From the NCBI GenBank assembly GCA_051362555.1, contig CM120642.1:32736001-32800000 (forward strand): DNA of 64,000 nucleotides, read 5' to 3'. A model generated the notes under the pieces. That model had not been told where the DNA came from and made no database searches. It saw only the letters and a list, made by a program, of their open reading frames with translations. Each line of letters starts with the position of its first letter. Positions within the stretch are counted from its first letter, which is position 1. Made by a program: the position numbers and the translations under genes. The DNA comes from Lingula anatina. Lineage: Eukaryota > Animalia > Brachiopoda. Of this stretch, positions 39,648 to 51,088 are shown piece after piece.

Positions 39648-41095
39648 TGTGATGAGTTCCGTGTGCGTTTCCTTTATCTTATGAAAGACAGTGTGTATGT
39701 GCTCAGACCATCAGCTGTATGTATTAACACATCAGGTTTGTACATGTACATTTACTAGTAGTATAATGGGGTTCTGTTGTCATACTGTCCATTTGCTTCT
39801 TAACCAAAGAATTCACTTTGACTGTTTCTGGCCAACTGATACATGTAGATGTACTTGTGGTGACACTTTATGTCAACAAAGTTTCCTGCAACTCTCATGA
39901 AATTATCCCAGTGGACATGCAGTAATATAAACATCTAATGGCAGCAATTTTACTCCAGGCAACTCTTTGGGAATTTTTTCAGCTTCAGCACTGTCAGTTC
40001 AGTGCCTAAATATTGTGGCTACTGTACAATCTGTGTACCTTTCCCTCTAAGCTAAAATAGTAAAAAATGAAAATAAATTAAAAGTACAAACATGCACCTG
40101 CAGGATAATGAAAATCACTATGATACATACATATATATTTGACAGGGTGCAAAAACATTAATCGATGCAGTGATTGTTATGAAGAACATGAAACTACATC
40201 TCATACTACACATATTCAATAATCAATGTCAACACATCCTAATAAATCGAATTTACAAAACTGAAACTGCAGATTTAATAAACTTAATAAATAACCATAT
40301 ACGGTAGATGTTTTCCTACCCTAATTAAAATGACAACGGCTTCGCATATACATCGTAATTACTTGTACTATAAAACTTTCTGTTACAATCAACATATAAT
40401 TAAAGACACTTTATTAACCTGCGTGCTTCGCTGTTCTCTGTATTCTCTCCTCTGGAACAGAATGGAATGGAGGCGCTTTCGTTATCGACAACATATGCTG
40501 CTGCTGACTCGCAGTGTATATTTGTCAGTTTCCTATTGGTTTAATTTTGATAAACACCGAGATCACTTGTTCAGTAGCCTTTGAACACGTAACGGTTCTT
40601 CACATGTAATAAACATGTCACTAATAATGATAACCAGTTCATAATTTGAAAAATAAAAAATGACAAGATAATAACAAGACTAACAAGAGAAGTTAATTTG
40701 AATCTACTTTGACAAGATAAGACATATGGTGTTGTCATGGAATCAATTTGTATGCTTCCAATAGTGTCACATAACAAAGACTTGAAAGTGTGAAATCTGC
40801 CCCGTTTCTGGGTGTTATAGTTTGGAGAAAATCGTTTCACTTCCGTGATTCCCCTGAACTGAAGGGGGATTCCCAAATTACGTCACAGGAACCTCGTTCT
40901 CGCAAGCGTTATAGCCATGATGGCGAGCCTGGAGAGAAAGCACGAGACAACAACAATACAGATAAATACTGAAGGTGACAACATGTCATAGATAGAGGAA
41001 ATTTCACAAAGTACCACGACAAACGAAAACTGCTTCTTTGAACAAAAGTTGTGGAGCAATTAGAAGTTCTTCCCTTTCTAAAATCCGGGAAAAAC

Positions 41096-42376
41096 ATGGC
41101 ATCCATTGACATTGTTAGCTTGTTGACTGGGTTAGTTCAGTTTGTTGGTCATACTTTCACGACTTCGATGGACATTATTAGCACTGCCCTGTCCGTTAAC
41201 TATCAGGTCGTTTCTTCACTCCTTAAGTTAATCTTAAGTACCACAAACGCTTTGATTGCCGTCTTATGGGCGCTATATGGAGCAGTATGTGACGTGTTAT
41301 ACTATTTACTAGAGTTTGTGGTTGAAATCTTCCATTTGACAAGTATAGCTACCAAAGGTGTACTAAAGTTGGGATGGATACTCTTCGATGCTGTAGGACT
41401 CCTAATTCACGCGACGGAGAAATGTATTGCATATCTTTGTGGCTGCCTTGTATGGATAGCCAGACTTGTTGCCAATGAAATCACAGCTTATAATAGTGAA
41501 ACAAATGAGATGGTGCGCACCTTGTGGAATGGAGTATGTAATATAGGGTCATTTGTTATTCTGTTTTGTAACAGTGCCGTCTCGCTAGTAACAGGGTCAT
41601 GTTTGGAATTTTTGCACTTCATGCAGCATGTTTGTTTTGCTGCTCAAAATACAGTGAAAACGACAATATCTTCAATAGACAGTAGCATGGAATCATTGCT
41701 GCAGTTCGTATTACAAATCCCCCTTGATGCCTACATTGGGATAGTGTTTTGCATTGGGGTGATTCTTTGGCGTATCACAGGTCAGGGTTTTCATCTCTCT
41801 GCCTTCAGAGCCAGTGATACAATGGAGATAGAACTACAGGGGGAAGGAGCAGACATGTATGCAATAGACAGCAGTGATGATGAAGCTGACGGCAATGAAG
41901 AGAACTCCATTGCTGATGAAGATGATGAAGAGGAGGAGGAGGATTTTACTGATGCTGATGAGAACAGTGAGGATAGTCAAGATAGAGTTTCTATCACTGA
42001 CACAGACAGTGATGATGGTTCTCCAGTTGAAGAATCAGGCGACTCAGAGGGCTCTGATTCCTCAGACGATGCACCAGTTCATGTAGAACTTCCACAGGGT
42101 TATGCCCTCCGTTCAAGAGCCTCACCATCACCCATGCCCTCTTATAGCAAAGGGAGCAACCCAGATACATTGGTGCGTCAACTAGAAAGTGAACGCGATA
42201 AACGTTTATGTGTAGTATGCCAAGACCAGGTGAAGTGTGTTCTCGTTCTTCCCTGTAAACACATGTGCCTGTGTGTCCACTGTGCCCACCAAATCACTGC
42301 GGCCAGAATGGCCAACAGGAGAATATGTCCACTCTGCAGAACTAGGATTGAGAAAGTGATGAATGTTTACGTGTAG
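41096..42376 (+). CDS. RNF26: E3 ubiquitin ligase RING finger protein 26-like (ER membrane, C-terminal RING), intronless, 426 aa
   Basis: ATG at 41096 (AAACATGG). Long hydrophobic N-terminal half, acidic linker, and C-terminal RING CVVCQDQVKCVLVLPCKHMCLCVHC...ICPLCRTRIEKVMNVYV matching the RNF26 pattern. Confidence 0.9.
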   Translation: MASIDIVSLLTGLVQFVGHTFTTSMDIISTALSVNYQVVSSLLKLILSTTNALIAVLWALYGAVCDVLYYLLEFVVEIFHLTSIATKGVLKLGWILFDAVGLLIHATEKCIAYLCGCLVWIARLVANEITAYNSETNEMVRTLWNGVCNIGSFVILFCNSAVSLVTGSCLEFLHFMQHVCFAAQNTVKTTISSIDSSMESLLQFVLQIPLDAYIGIVFCIGVILWRITGQGFHLSAFRASDTMEIELQGEGADMYAIDSSDDEADGNEENSIADEDDEEEEEDFTDADENSEDSQDRVSITDTDSDDGSPVEESGDSEGSDSSDDAPVHVELPQGYALRSRASPSPMPSYSKGSNPDTLVRQLESERDKRLCVVCQDQVKCVLVLPCKHMCLCVHCAHQITAARMANRRICPLCRTRIEKVMNVYV

Positions 42377-43598
42377 AGACATCCGTGACCAGTTGCGCCA
42401 AAGTCGGATTTCATTTTGTGCAAGATTCAGGCAGGCATTGTGTGCTTCTGAAAATGGCGTAAAGAATGTGTCACAAACAAAATAATAATAAGAAGAAGAT
42501 GAAGAAGAAATTAATGAACTTAAAATTATTTAAAACATTTAACATAGCTTTATTGTAGGACATTGTCTTTTTTTTCCACTTATTTTGTAAAAATGGTTAC
42601 TTGAGTATTTTTTTTTTTTTTTTCAGATGCATAGTAAGGGTACTTTCTAATTATTCACTTTGCTTCTAGGGAATTTTGATTTAAGAATGTGTTCTTTGGC
42701 ATCTGCTAAAATATGAAATCATAATGGCCACAAATCTATAACCTCATTTTAACATCTTGCTATATCTGGCCCTTATTTATAGGCTAAAATGTTCTTAATT
42801 ATGTGTAGAGCTCAAGATTAAATAACTTGGTGCCTGCGGTTTTCATGTTACAGTAGTGAAAATGGTTCTAATTAAAATTGCTCAAGTTTTCTCTCTGGTT
42901 ATACAGATGAAATACCAAAAAATAACATTTAAGAAGTACATCTTTGAATGTGCTTTAAAAATTCTGAATTTTATACAGTGTATATTCAATTTTTTTAAAG
43001 AAAGGCATGCTGCCCAAAGGAATGAGGAAAATGCACATGCAGGTACTATGTTCTCCATTTATTGTTGATACAGTCTGGTTCCTGGTTGTAAATTTGCCCT
43101 CCAGTCGGTACAGCACAGAGGGAAGTAGGAATACCTGTGCAAATTATTTTGAGAACTAATGTAATGGAACTTGCATCCCTCAAAAGTTCTCTCATTGAAA
43201 ATTACTTGGTGGCATTTGGTTGGTTCAGCTGCATTGCAATAATTTGATATTTTATGGCAGCAAGGAAATTTTTTTTTGGGGGGGTGGGGGGGGCGCTTAA
43301 ATTTTGTTACCACTTATTATAATAATTTAAATAAGTTTGTGGACATGCTGTGAGGCATTTGCAGCAGGAGAAAACTGCTTACTGTAAAAAGTTGATGCCA
43401 CTTTTGTTACTTAATGTGCCATGCCAGCCTCCAGCTAATATCAACTTCACAAACTTTCAAATGTTGAACAGCTGAGCATGAAAACCAGGAATTGCCATGC
43501 TTGTACAATAAGAACTACACAGTTCACTTCAATACATAATACCGATTTATTCTAATTCAGTCTTTTGTATAAAATTTGGGCAAAATGCTGATGTTGTT

Positions 43599-45119
43599 TC
43601 ACTTCCTGCGACCGCTGCTCTTGACGACAACTGGGCGCTGACTGCGGAGAATCGCACTTGCACGACGCAGAGCACTCTGAAAAAAAGAAATTAATTAAAC
43701 ACATTAGAATAAAGAACCAAGTGCCCAATGCTCTGCTCATTACCATTTTCTCCAAACATGTTATCTTCCTTTTCTCCACTATCAAATATGATCTCAAAAA
43801 TACTTGGTTTTAGTTACTGTACCAGGGTACCCAAGTTATAAATCATCTACTCTATAACACATAAACGCCCTTAATCTACAGTTATTTCTTGTTTTCCAAA
43901 TAGGCTATTAACAGGAAGACTTATACTCACCATTTTAAGGTCCTTCCTGGAACCACCGACCACTTTCCTGATGGTGCTCAGGGTGCGACGGGAACCCTTC
44001 TTCAGCTCTGTGCGTGTATACCTGGCAGCTGGCTTCCTTTGGCCTGCAATTGTCGCAAAAAAATATCATGAAAATTGATCATTTGGAAACTCTTTTAAGA
44101 AACTTCAACCCAGGCAGGTTTTTGTCAATTTAGACAAGTTAAAGTTCACTGACTAATTCTGCTTAATTCCACAAAACTGTTCCGTTGATTTAAGTTTTAA
44201 TAACATAAGTATTAAGCAGTAATTTACACATTACTTGTACACATAACAGTAATATAGCTCTTTTTTTTCAAAAAGACGCATCAAAAGAAATAAAATTCCT
44301 TCAAGATTCTGACTTTGGATATTTGTTTACCAAAGTCTGAAATATCTGATATTACATCTAAAACCTGGGTCATCACAATATGCCTGGTGGCTGAAGCCAA
44401 ATAACTAGAACATAACATATTGTGTGATGTCCAATACCCGGTTATGTCATACTGACCAGTGGCCTTGGAGGTGACCAGGACCACCCCCTTTCCTCCAGGG
44501 GCAGCCTCCACGCCAACTGTCTTCTTGTGGACGAGACCATTGTAACGGAAAGAGTTGCGGTTCTTCAGGTTGTTGGGTTCCTGGAACATGGGCACAAATA
44601 AACTTTAGTAGTTTGTAAAAAATAAAAAAACACCAGCGCTGTCAAATATACAGATCTTTTGCTGAAAAACAGTCCTTCCGATTGCTCAGTTTTGAACGTA
44701 AGTATTGGAATACACTTAATGTTACTCTGTATGCAGACATGTTATGACTGTTGTCACTTTTTTTCATGAAACCAAGGCTCAAAACAGCATACTGGTTTTC
44801 AATCCAATGGCAAAAATAATTCATTTTCAAAATGGCTACAAATTATGTTTTTTTACAATTATCACAAGTTGATCATGCAAAAATCCAAATCCAGCACTAA
44901 CATGCACCAACAAATGATAAAGTGAACAGGACAATAACTACCTTCAATTGTGATTACCAAATGTTAGCAATTGGATCATTCAATAAATTATTTCTTTAAA
45001 CACAAAAATAAAAACAATAATTATTATCATCTCACAGCAGTGAATGTCTGTCCATTTCCCTTCCTGAGGAAGCAGGAGTTGTTCCTGATGATCATCCACT
45101 GTAGATCTGCTGACGACAT
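43599..45119 (-). CDS. RPL28: 60S ribosomal protein L28 (eL28), 132 aa
   Basis: Exons 45036-45119, 44457-44580, 43931-44043, 43599-43676 encode [20 protein letters not shown]...[24 protein letters not shown]...[27 protein letters not shown] at 43546-43551 (-). Confidence 0.97.
44637..44794 (-). ncRNA. Candidate intronic box H/ACA snoRNA/scaRNA in RPL28 intron 2
   Basis: Minus strand: hairpin closed by GTATGC...GCATAC, then H box AGAGTA (44723-44728), a second hairpin closed by TAAGTGTAT...GTATATTTG, then ACA+3 nt, about 55 nt upstream of the acceptor. Confidence 0.55.
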
Positions 45120-45721
45120 CTTGTGAGCTTGAAAAAAAATAATAAATAAAAAATAATTACCACTCCTGGTCAACTTCCACAACATCTGTGCACTCCATAC
45201 ACTGACATTTACTTATCTTTTAACACAGCCATCTGCATCTGTTGTGATTAAAAACCTTAAATATCCTCTGTCAAACAGCTTTCATCGGCTTCGAATTTTG
45301 GATTCTATAAATTTACTACTTACTACTGTGCCCATATTACACAGACTTGTCATTTTTGTAATCAAAATGTCGAACGAATAGTAAGTTTTCGTTTGCATAA
45401 TCAGCTGCCATGACCTATAGTTTTAATTTAAAATGTCTACAGTATTCAGATGTAGAATGCTCGGTAAACGGGAAACGTGTAGACGAAGTATTGAGGCGAT
45501 AGACTAAGGTCGTAAGGAAAACTCGGATGCTTAACTCCGAGATCCGAGTACCATCTCCCACTTTCTATTACGACTGTTTTCCACCATATACGTTTATTTC
45601 AGGGCATTTTCAAATATTTAAAAGGGTTCATTTCGCAACAAAATCAATCTTGTTGGTAAACAGTGAAATCCAAACCATGAAATAACCACAGAAGATAGAG
45701 CACATGTTCCTAGCATTATAC

Positions 45722-45790
45722 CTTCAATGGTGGCCAGCGAAAAGAGGTCGACCGGTTCACATATTTCATATCAATGCGCTACTTCCGCTT
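45722..45790 (-). promoter_or_regulatory. RPL28 non-coding first exon with TCT/TOP start and upstream ETS-like motif
   Basis: Minus-strand CCTCTTTTCG pyrimidine tract at ~45738-45747, GT donor at 45720-45721, ACTTCCG at 45781-45787. Confidence 0.7.
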
Positions 45791-45977
45791 CAAGCAACTA
45801 AAGTAATTTATCAATAAAATGAGAGAGTTGGTTTATAAAATGAAGATGTTAAATTACAATTATCTTTAAAATGATATATATGAGTATTGTGAATCAGTGA
45901 GATCTTAATGTATGAAAAAATCTGTGAACTATTTTTTGCACCTGTAATGTGGTCTATCTTGAACGAGAAGGAAGCTG

Positions 45978-45996
45978 GCACTGCCCTCTAGCGGCT
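45978..45996. promoter_or_regulatory. CTCF-like binding motif between RPL28 and the MLLE gene
   Basis: GCACTGCCCTCTAGCGGCT closely matches the CTCF core consensus. Confidence 0.55.
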
Positions 45997-46467
45997 ATTA
46001 AGGACGTGGACCCTTGCAGGTAAACATAAGGTATTATCATAGAAGTTTTCTCTACTTCTATGGTATTATTAAGGTGCATGTGGATAAACAAACAAGAAAA
46101 CAACGCACTCAATTATGCATTCTCGTATTTAATCGCCTGGCGGTTCTGGTCAATAACAACTTTAAAATTTGTATGAGTTTTTGAAGCAAGTTTTAAAAAA
46201 CCACATTTTAATTTTTTCACTCCTGTTTACCCAGTTTACATCTAGTATATGTCTCTGATGTAATATATGCTGAAGCCACATAACTTATGTATGAATTTCC
46301 GTGCTGCTTAGTAAGTAAGAGGGCTTTGCTAAGCTATAATAGTACAAGTTTTTGTTTGGTGAGCAAAATGTACTTACATGTATGTTTACAGAAAAATTGT
46401 GTGCATTTTGTTGAAATTGTCAGTAATGTCAAAATAATTTTTATCAAAAATATTAATTTTCAGGGAA

Positions 46468-48427
46468 ATGGTAATGTCTGAACTTCCTAAAACTGAGGAG
46501 GTATTAGCGGAACACCTGTATGCCAAAGTATGCCTCCTGTGCCCAGCGTATGCAGAGAAGGTGACGGGAATGTTGGTCGAGAGTGGTAGGGAGGGATTGT
46601 TGCTGATGTTGAATGATGATGCTGTTCTCCAAGATAGGATTGTAACTGCTCTAAATACCATTGAAGAGTGAGTAAATTTATTGCTTGTTCAACTCTGAGA
46701 GAATGCAGCCATATTGAATGTTCTCTTGGTATATTAAGTGTATCTGCTAGATGCATGGCTGAGTTTATTCTGCTCTTTCTTAAATTTAACTGAAAGAAAT
46801 GAGAAACTTCATCCCATCAGGTTTTCACTTATTTGTCAACTTATTCCATTAAAACAACATGTGCTAGCATCACCTTTTGATTTTATAAATAGCATATATC
46901 AGAACTATCAATGAGAAGACAATTTATGAATTAATGTATGCTAATGTTTACATGTAGATGTGCATAGTAGTACTGTACAGTATATGTTCAAGCAATAACT
47001 CCGTGGCATATAGAAGAACTGCAGATAAGATTTAAGCAGTGAGAATTTGTGGCATCTGTGTTTATTTCCTGGTATCACACACTCTAGCATTGTGTACACA
47101 AATAGTTACAGGTCGGATTCCTCATGCCATGGTGAACAAGAACCATGTCCCAAGGAGAGTGATCAAGACAGAGATGCGGTTGGGGAAGTTTTGTTTGAGA
47201 AAGTTGCAGAAATTGAGCCAGAGCTTAGTGCACAAATCACAGGTACATGGCAGAAGTGGGTAAATAATTGTCAATGAATTATGACCATGCAGACACATTT
47301 CAGTGGGGGATTTAGGGGGGATGTCAGGTCCTGACCCCCTTCCCCCCTTCGAATTCTGATAAAAAAAAATTCCCCCAATGGCCCCCTTTTGAAATTAGAA
47401 TTTCAACTAGATGAATCATAATTCTAAACCAAACTAAATCATACCATTCGTCCTCTAAAATGCCAAAATTTTTGGGGCCCTTAATTTAGCAGTCCCAGAA
47501 CCCAACACCAAGGGGGAGGGGGGGAATCAGTTAGCATCCGCAAACCCCCCTTCAAATAATCCTGGATCCACCCCAGCATTTAAGTGTTTTAATAGGGAAA
47601 GGTATATAAATAAAAACTATTTTAAATTAATCTTGAGAAAAGCAATTGCTTATCAATATTCATAGATTAGTTTGACATGGTATTTATGATATTTATGTGA
47701 TATCAGTCATTGTACAAGGACATTATGATAAATTTGAATAAATTGTTATCTCCACTGTATTTTAGATAAAAAATATTTTGTAGGTATGCTGCTAGAACTG
47801 GATGTCCACACACTTGAAAAACTTATAGAATCCAGCCAAGAGCTGACCATAGCAGTAGACAAAGCAAAATCTGAATATCTCAGGCATTGCAATGGTGAGA
47901 TGAATTCTGCAACTAAAACTAGAGAAGAGCTTGGAGAAGAACTTTTTGAACTAGTGGTGTCCAGGCACCCAGAGAAGGCTGCCAAATTGACAGGTACAAC
48001 AACTCTTAGATATTATAGTGTGTTAGGGGTGCACCTCTTCACTTTCAGACTTCCTAACCCATTTTGTATCTTTGTATTGGTTTATTTAATAATTGCAAAG
48101 GTTATTAATTGTTCAGGGCATCATATTAGACTTAGGTCTTTTTTTTTTTGAAAGATTGAATAGCTTTTCTGTATGGTTGCTGTCTATTTTGTTTGTAGTA
48201 AAGTACACACTTGCATCAGTTTGGACATTAACAGAATTTCATTTTAAGTAAATTACTGTTGCAGTAATAATATTGATATGGGATTGCTAAAATCTTTTTT
48301 GCACAATTCAGGGATGCTTTTAGAAATGCCAATTGAAGAGCTGCAGAGGGTATTGAAAGAGTCCAGTAAGCTGGATAAAGCAGTTGATTTGGCCGTGAAA
48401 GCTTTACAGGAAGAGGGAGAACCATGA
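46468..48427 (+). CDS. Stand-alone protein of three tandem MLLE (PABC) domains, 218 aa
   Basis: Exons 46468-46667, 47112-47242, 47784-47993, 48312-48427 join in frame (657 nt). Three repeats: LAEHLY...AEKVTGMLVE, VGEVLF...SAQITGMLLE, LGEELF...AAKLTGMLLE. These match the MLLE signature LGExLF/Y...KITGMLLE. Confidence 0.88.
47301..47576. mobile_element. ~275-bp MITE with degenerate CAG(T/G)GG.GGAT termini and a 5-bp TSD
   Basis: CAGTGGGGGATTTAGG...CCTGGATCCACCCCAG flanked by CATTT on both sides. Confidence 0.65.
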
Positions 48428-51088
48428 CACTTTAACAGAAGGCAGTATTCACAAAGTGGTGCTTTTTTTCTTGTTAAACGAAGGCAGGCTAAACAGCTAA
48501 AGAATTAAGCTGAATTCCAGAGCTATTTGTAGTCATTACCAGATAGTTTACAATTAGTACTAGAACAGACATGGTTTGGTGATAGTAGAGATCACAAACT
48601 CTTGTCAAAAACTTAGAACAAACCTTATTTTTCACATAAAATGGGGGAGGGAAGCAGCTCCAAGTTCTCTCAACTAGTGACACATTCTGACACTGATGAA
48701 GATAGCTGACAGCTTGTCGAAATGTTTCATTTTTATTATGATTTTTTTAAAGTTTGTGACAAAAGAGCTTTTGATCTCTAGATCCATAGCAGCTGGCTAA
48801 GAGGCATATCATGATATGATAATAAAGTTTGATCAAAATGAGAATTTGGGGCCACAAACTAATTCTGAGTAGACAAGAGTCAAAACTGGTGGTTAAACTT
48901 CCAGTATTTTAAGATTGGAATGTTGAGAAGTTTGATCATACTGTAACAAGGAATTTGTTTTTGCCTTATATCCAAGATTATTACCCTGGCATATATCTAC
49001 TGGTGCAGAGAACATGTATTTTATTTCATTTAATGTGCCATTTCACAGCATACAAAGACAGAAGTGTTTAATAACTGGTGTTGAATTGATATACTATATT
49101 CACTTTTTATATTCCATTATGTGCATGTAGTATTTACTGGTGCTAAATTTTAAATAGTTTTATTTTATCAGATATATTTTTTTCCTTCAAAACAGGAGAA
49201 TTTCTTTATGATACAAAGGCATGAATTTAAGTTGAATAAGTACTGTGATTGATGTCCATAATTACAGTTTTTAATAGGATAATATCACTTTACTACATTC
49301 TTGTAACCCAACAGATATGTATTATGGAGGTTGTAGAAACCACCCAGAAAAAAAACAAACTTGTAATTATCCGACATTGTCCACTACACCCCCAAAATCC
49401 AGCTTTGGCAAACGGCCTATTTACAGATATGCCATTTAGCAGGAAATGTTCAGGAGAAATTGTCCATAAATGGGATTGTGTTCAAATGTTTTTGTGTTGG
49501 AATAAGCTCAAGGGTCCAAATGGCACCATTAAGAAATTAAAGCTTTCTGAATGTTTGAAGGTGTACTACTATCAGCTGTACTGCCAGTAACAGGATTTTA
49601 CACAGTTGAAGTGGCATTGGGACTGGGTCAAACATACAACAGTATTTTAATGTTGTAGGATTGTTTCTTTCTTTTTCTTTTTTTAACATAAATTATTATT
49701 ATTTATTTTATTTTATTTTATTATTATTTATTTATTTAATTTTTTTTTTTTTTTGGGGGGGGGGGGAGGGGGGGGTCTCCTAGATAAGAGAACCTGATAG
49801 AGTAAGTACTAGTGACTTATCCCCCGTCTGCAGCCAAGGTGTAGAGAAGCCAGCCTGGCAGTGAACAAACTTTAAATGTCAAGCAGAAGGCTTATATGTC
49901 CTTCAGCAATCTGATAAGTACCCAGGGAGTCAGATTGTTCTGGGCATTTCTTTATCCCAGACCTTTAAGAATCTTTTGTCTTATTTAAGAATGGGACAAT
50001 ATGTAATCTTCAGAAATTTATCAGATATTAATCTTTTTTAGAATTTTGCTTTTTATTTTTATAAAGCTAGGTCTTGAAAGGATTAAATTTAAAAGAAAGA
50101 TTTGGTAGAAAATGGAGACCAATTTCCTAAAACAATTTTCAATTCTTTTAATTAATACTTCTTTTAATGTGTATGAGATAAATTTGTTACATACCTTATA
50201 CAAAATTTAACCTTCTTAAAATATATGTATTTTAAAAATAATAGAATAAGTTGTTAAGGAAAGGCTAGTATATATACTTAGTTATTAACCTAGGTGTTCT
50301 ACTTAAGGTACACAAATAAAATGGTTACAGAAATGAGAAAATGAGTTTTGTGAGTATTCTTATGGCATTAAAACATATACTATATTTTAATGATGTGCAT
50401 CCTTATCCTTAAAATGACTGGCAGACACGCTCCTTTCCATATACAAGAAATATAATGAAATTTACAACAAACTTACATCACAATAAAATACTTGAATAAG
50501 ACGTCAAATAATAAGATCTTACTTTTCATCTATTATGATGGCAGTGGCATTGAGAAAATCAAAGCAATTTACTGTCACATTAATTATCAATAATTTTAAA
50601 TTCACATCATACAAGACAATGTTTGTAGACCCTGTTAATATGAAAATGTTTGAGAAGCTAAGGAAATGCCAGAGTATGTACCACCAGCCATATCAGCCAA
50701 TATCCCCAAAATTCAACTGGCAGATTTCTGAACTGACCATGAAAAAAATTCAAGACATTTTTTGCTTCACTTAACTCTCTGTTCACTGACAACTATAAAA
50801 TATTTCTTGTTTTTTTTTGTTTTTTTTTTCGATACAAACTTATTCTGCCTTAAAATGATGGTCATTGATAAGGTTAAATATAATTTTATAAGAATAGTTT
50901 TGATGGTTTACAGGGATGAGACCAGTCCTCACTGAAAAAGGTAGGAAAATTGACCGGGGGTCCAGGGTACACGATTCATTAGAATGTCCTAAATGACCCT
51001 GAAAATGTTGGAATTCCAACAAAATTCATAAAAGTCTCATCACGGGTTTTAACTGTAACAGTATATTGCTCCGCAGCTGGCTAAAAAT

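Noticed and set aside
41051-41095. ORF-track start of RNF26 at a GTG codon
   Set aside because: Eukaryotic gene; the first in-frame ATG in good context is at 41096.
44300-44445. Hairpins, TGATGA and an 11-nt U2-complementary stretch in RPL28 intron 3
   Set aside because: No correctly placed D box or terminal ACA found; not supportable as a sno/scaRNA by eye.
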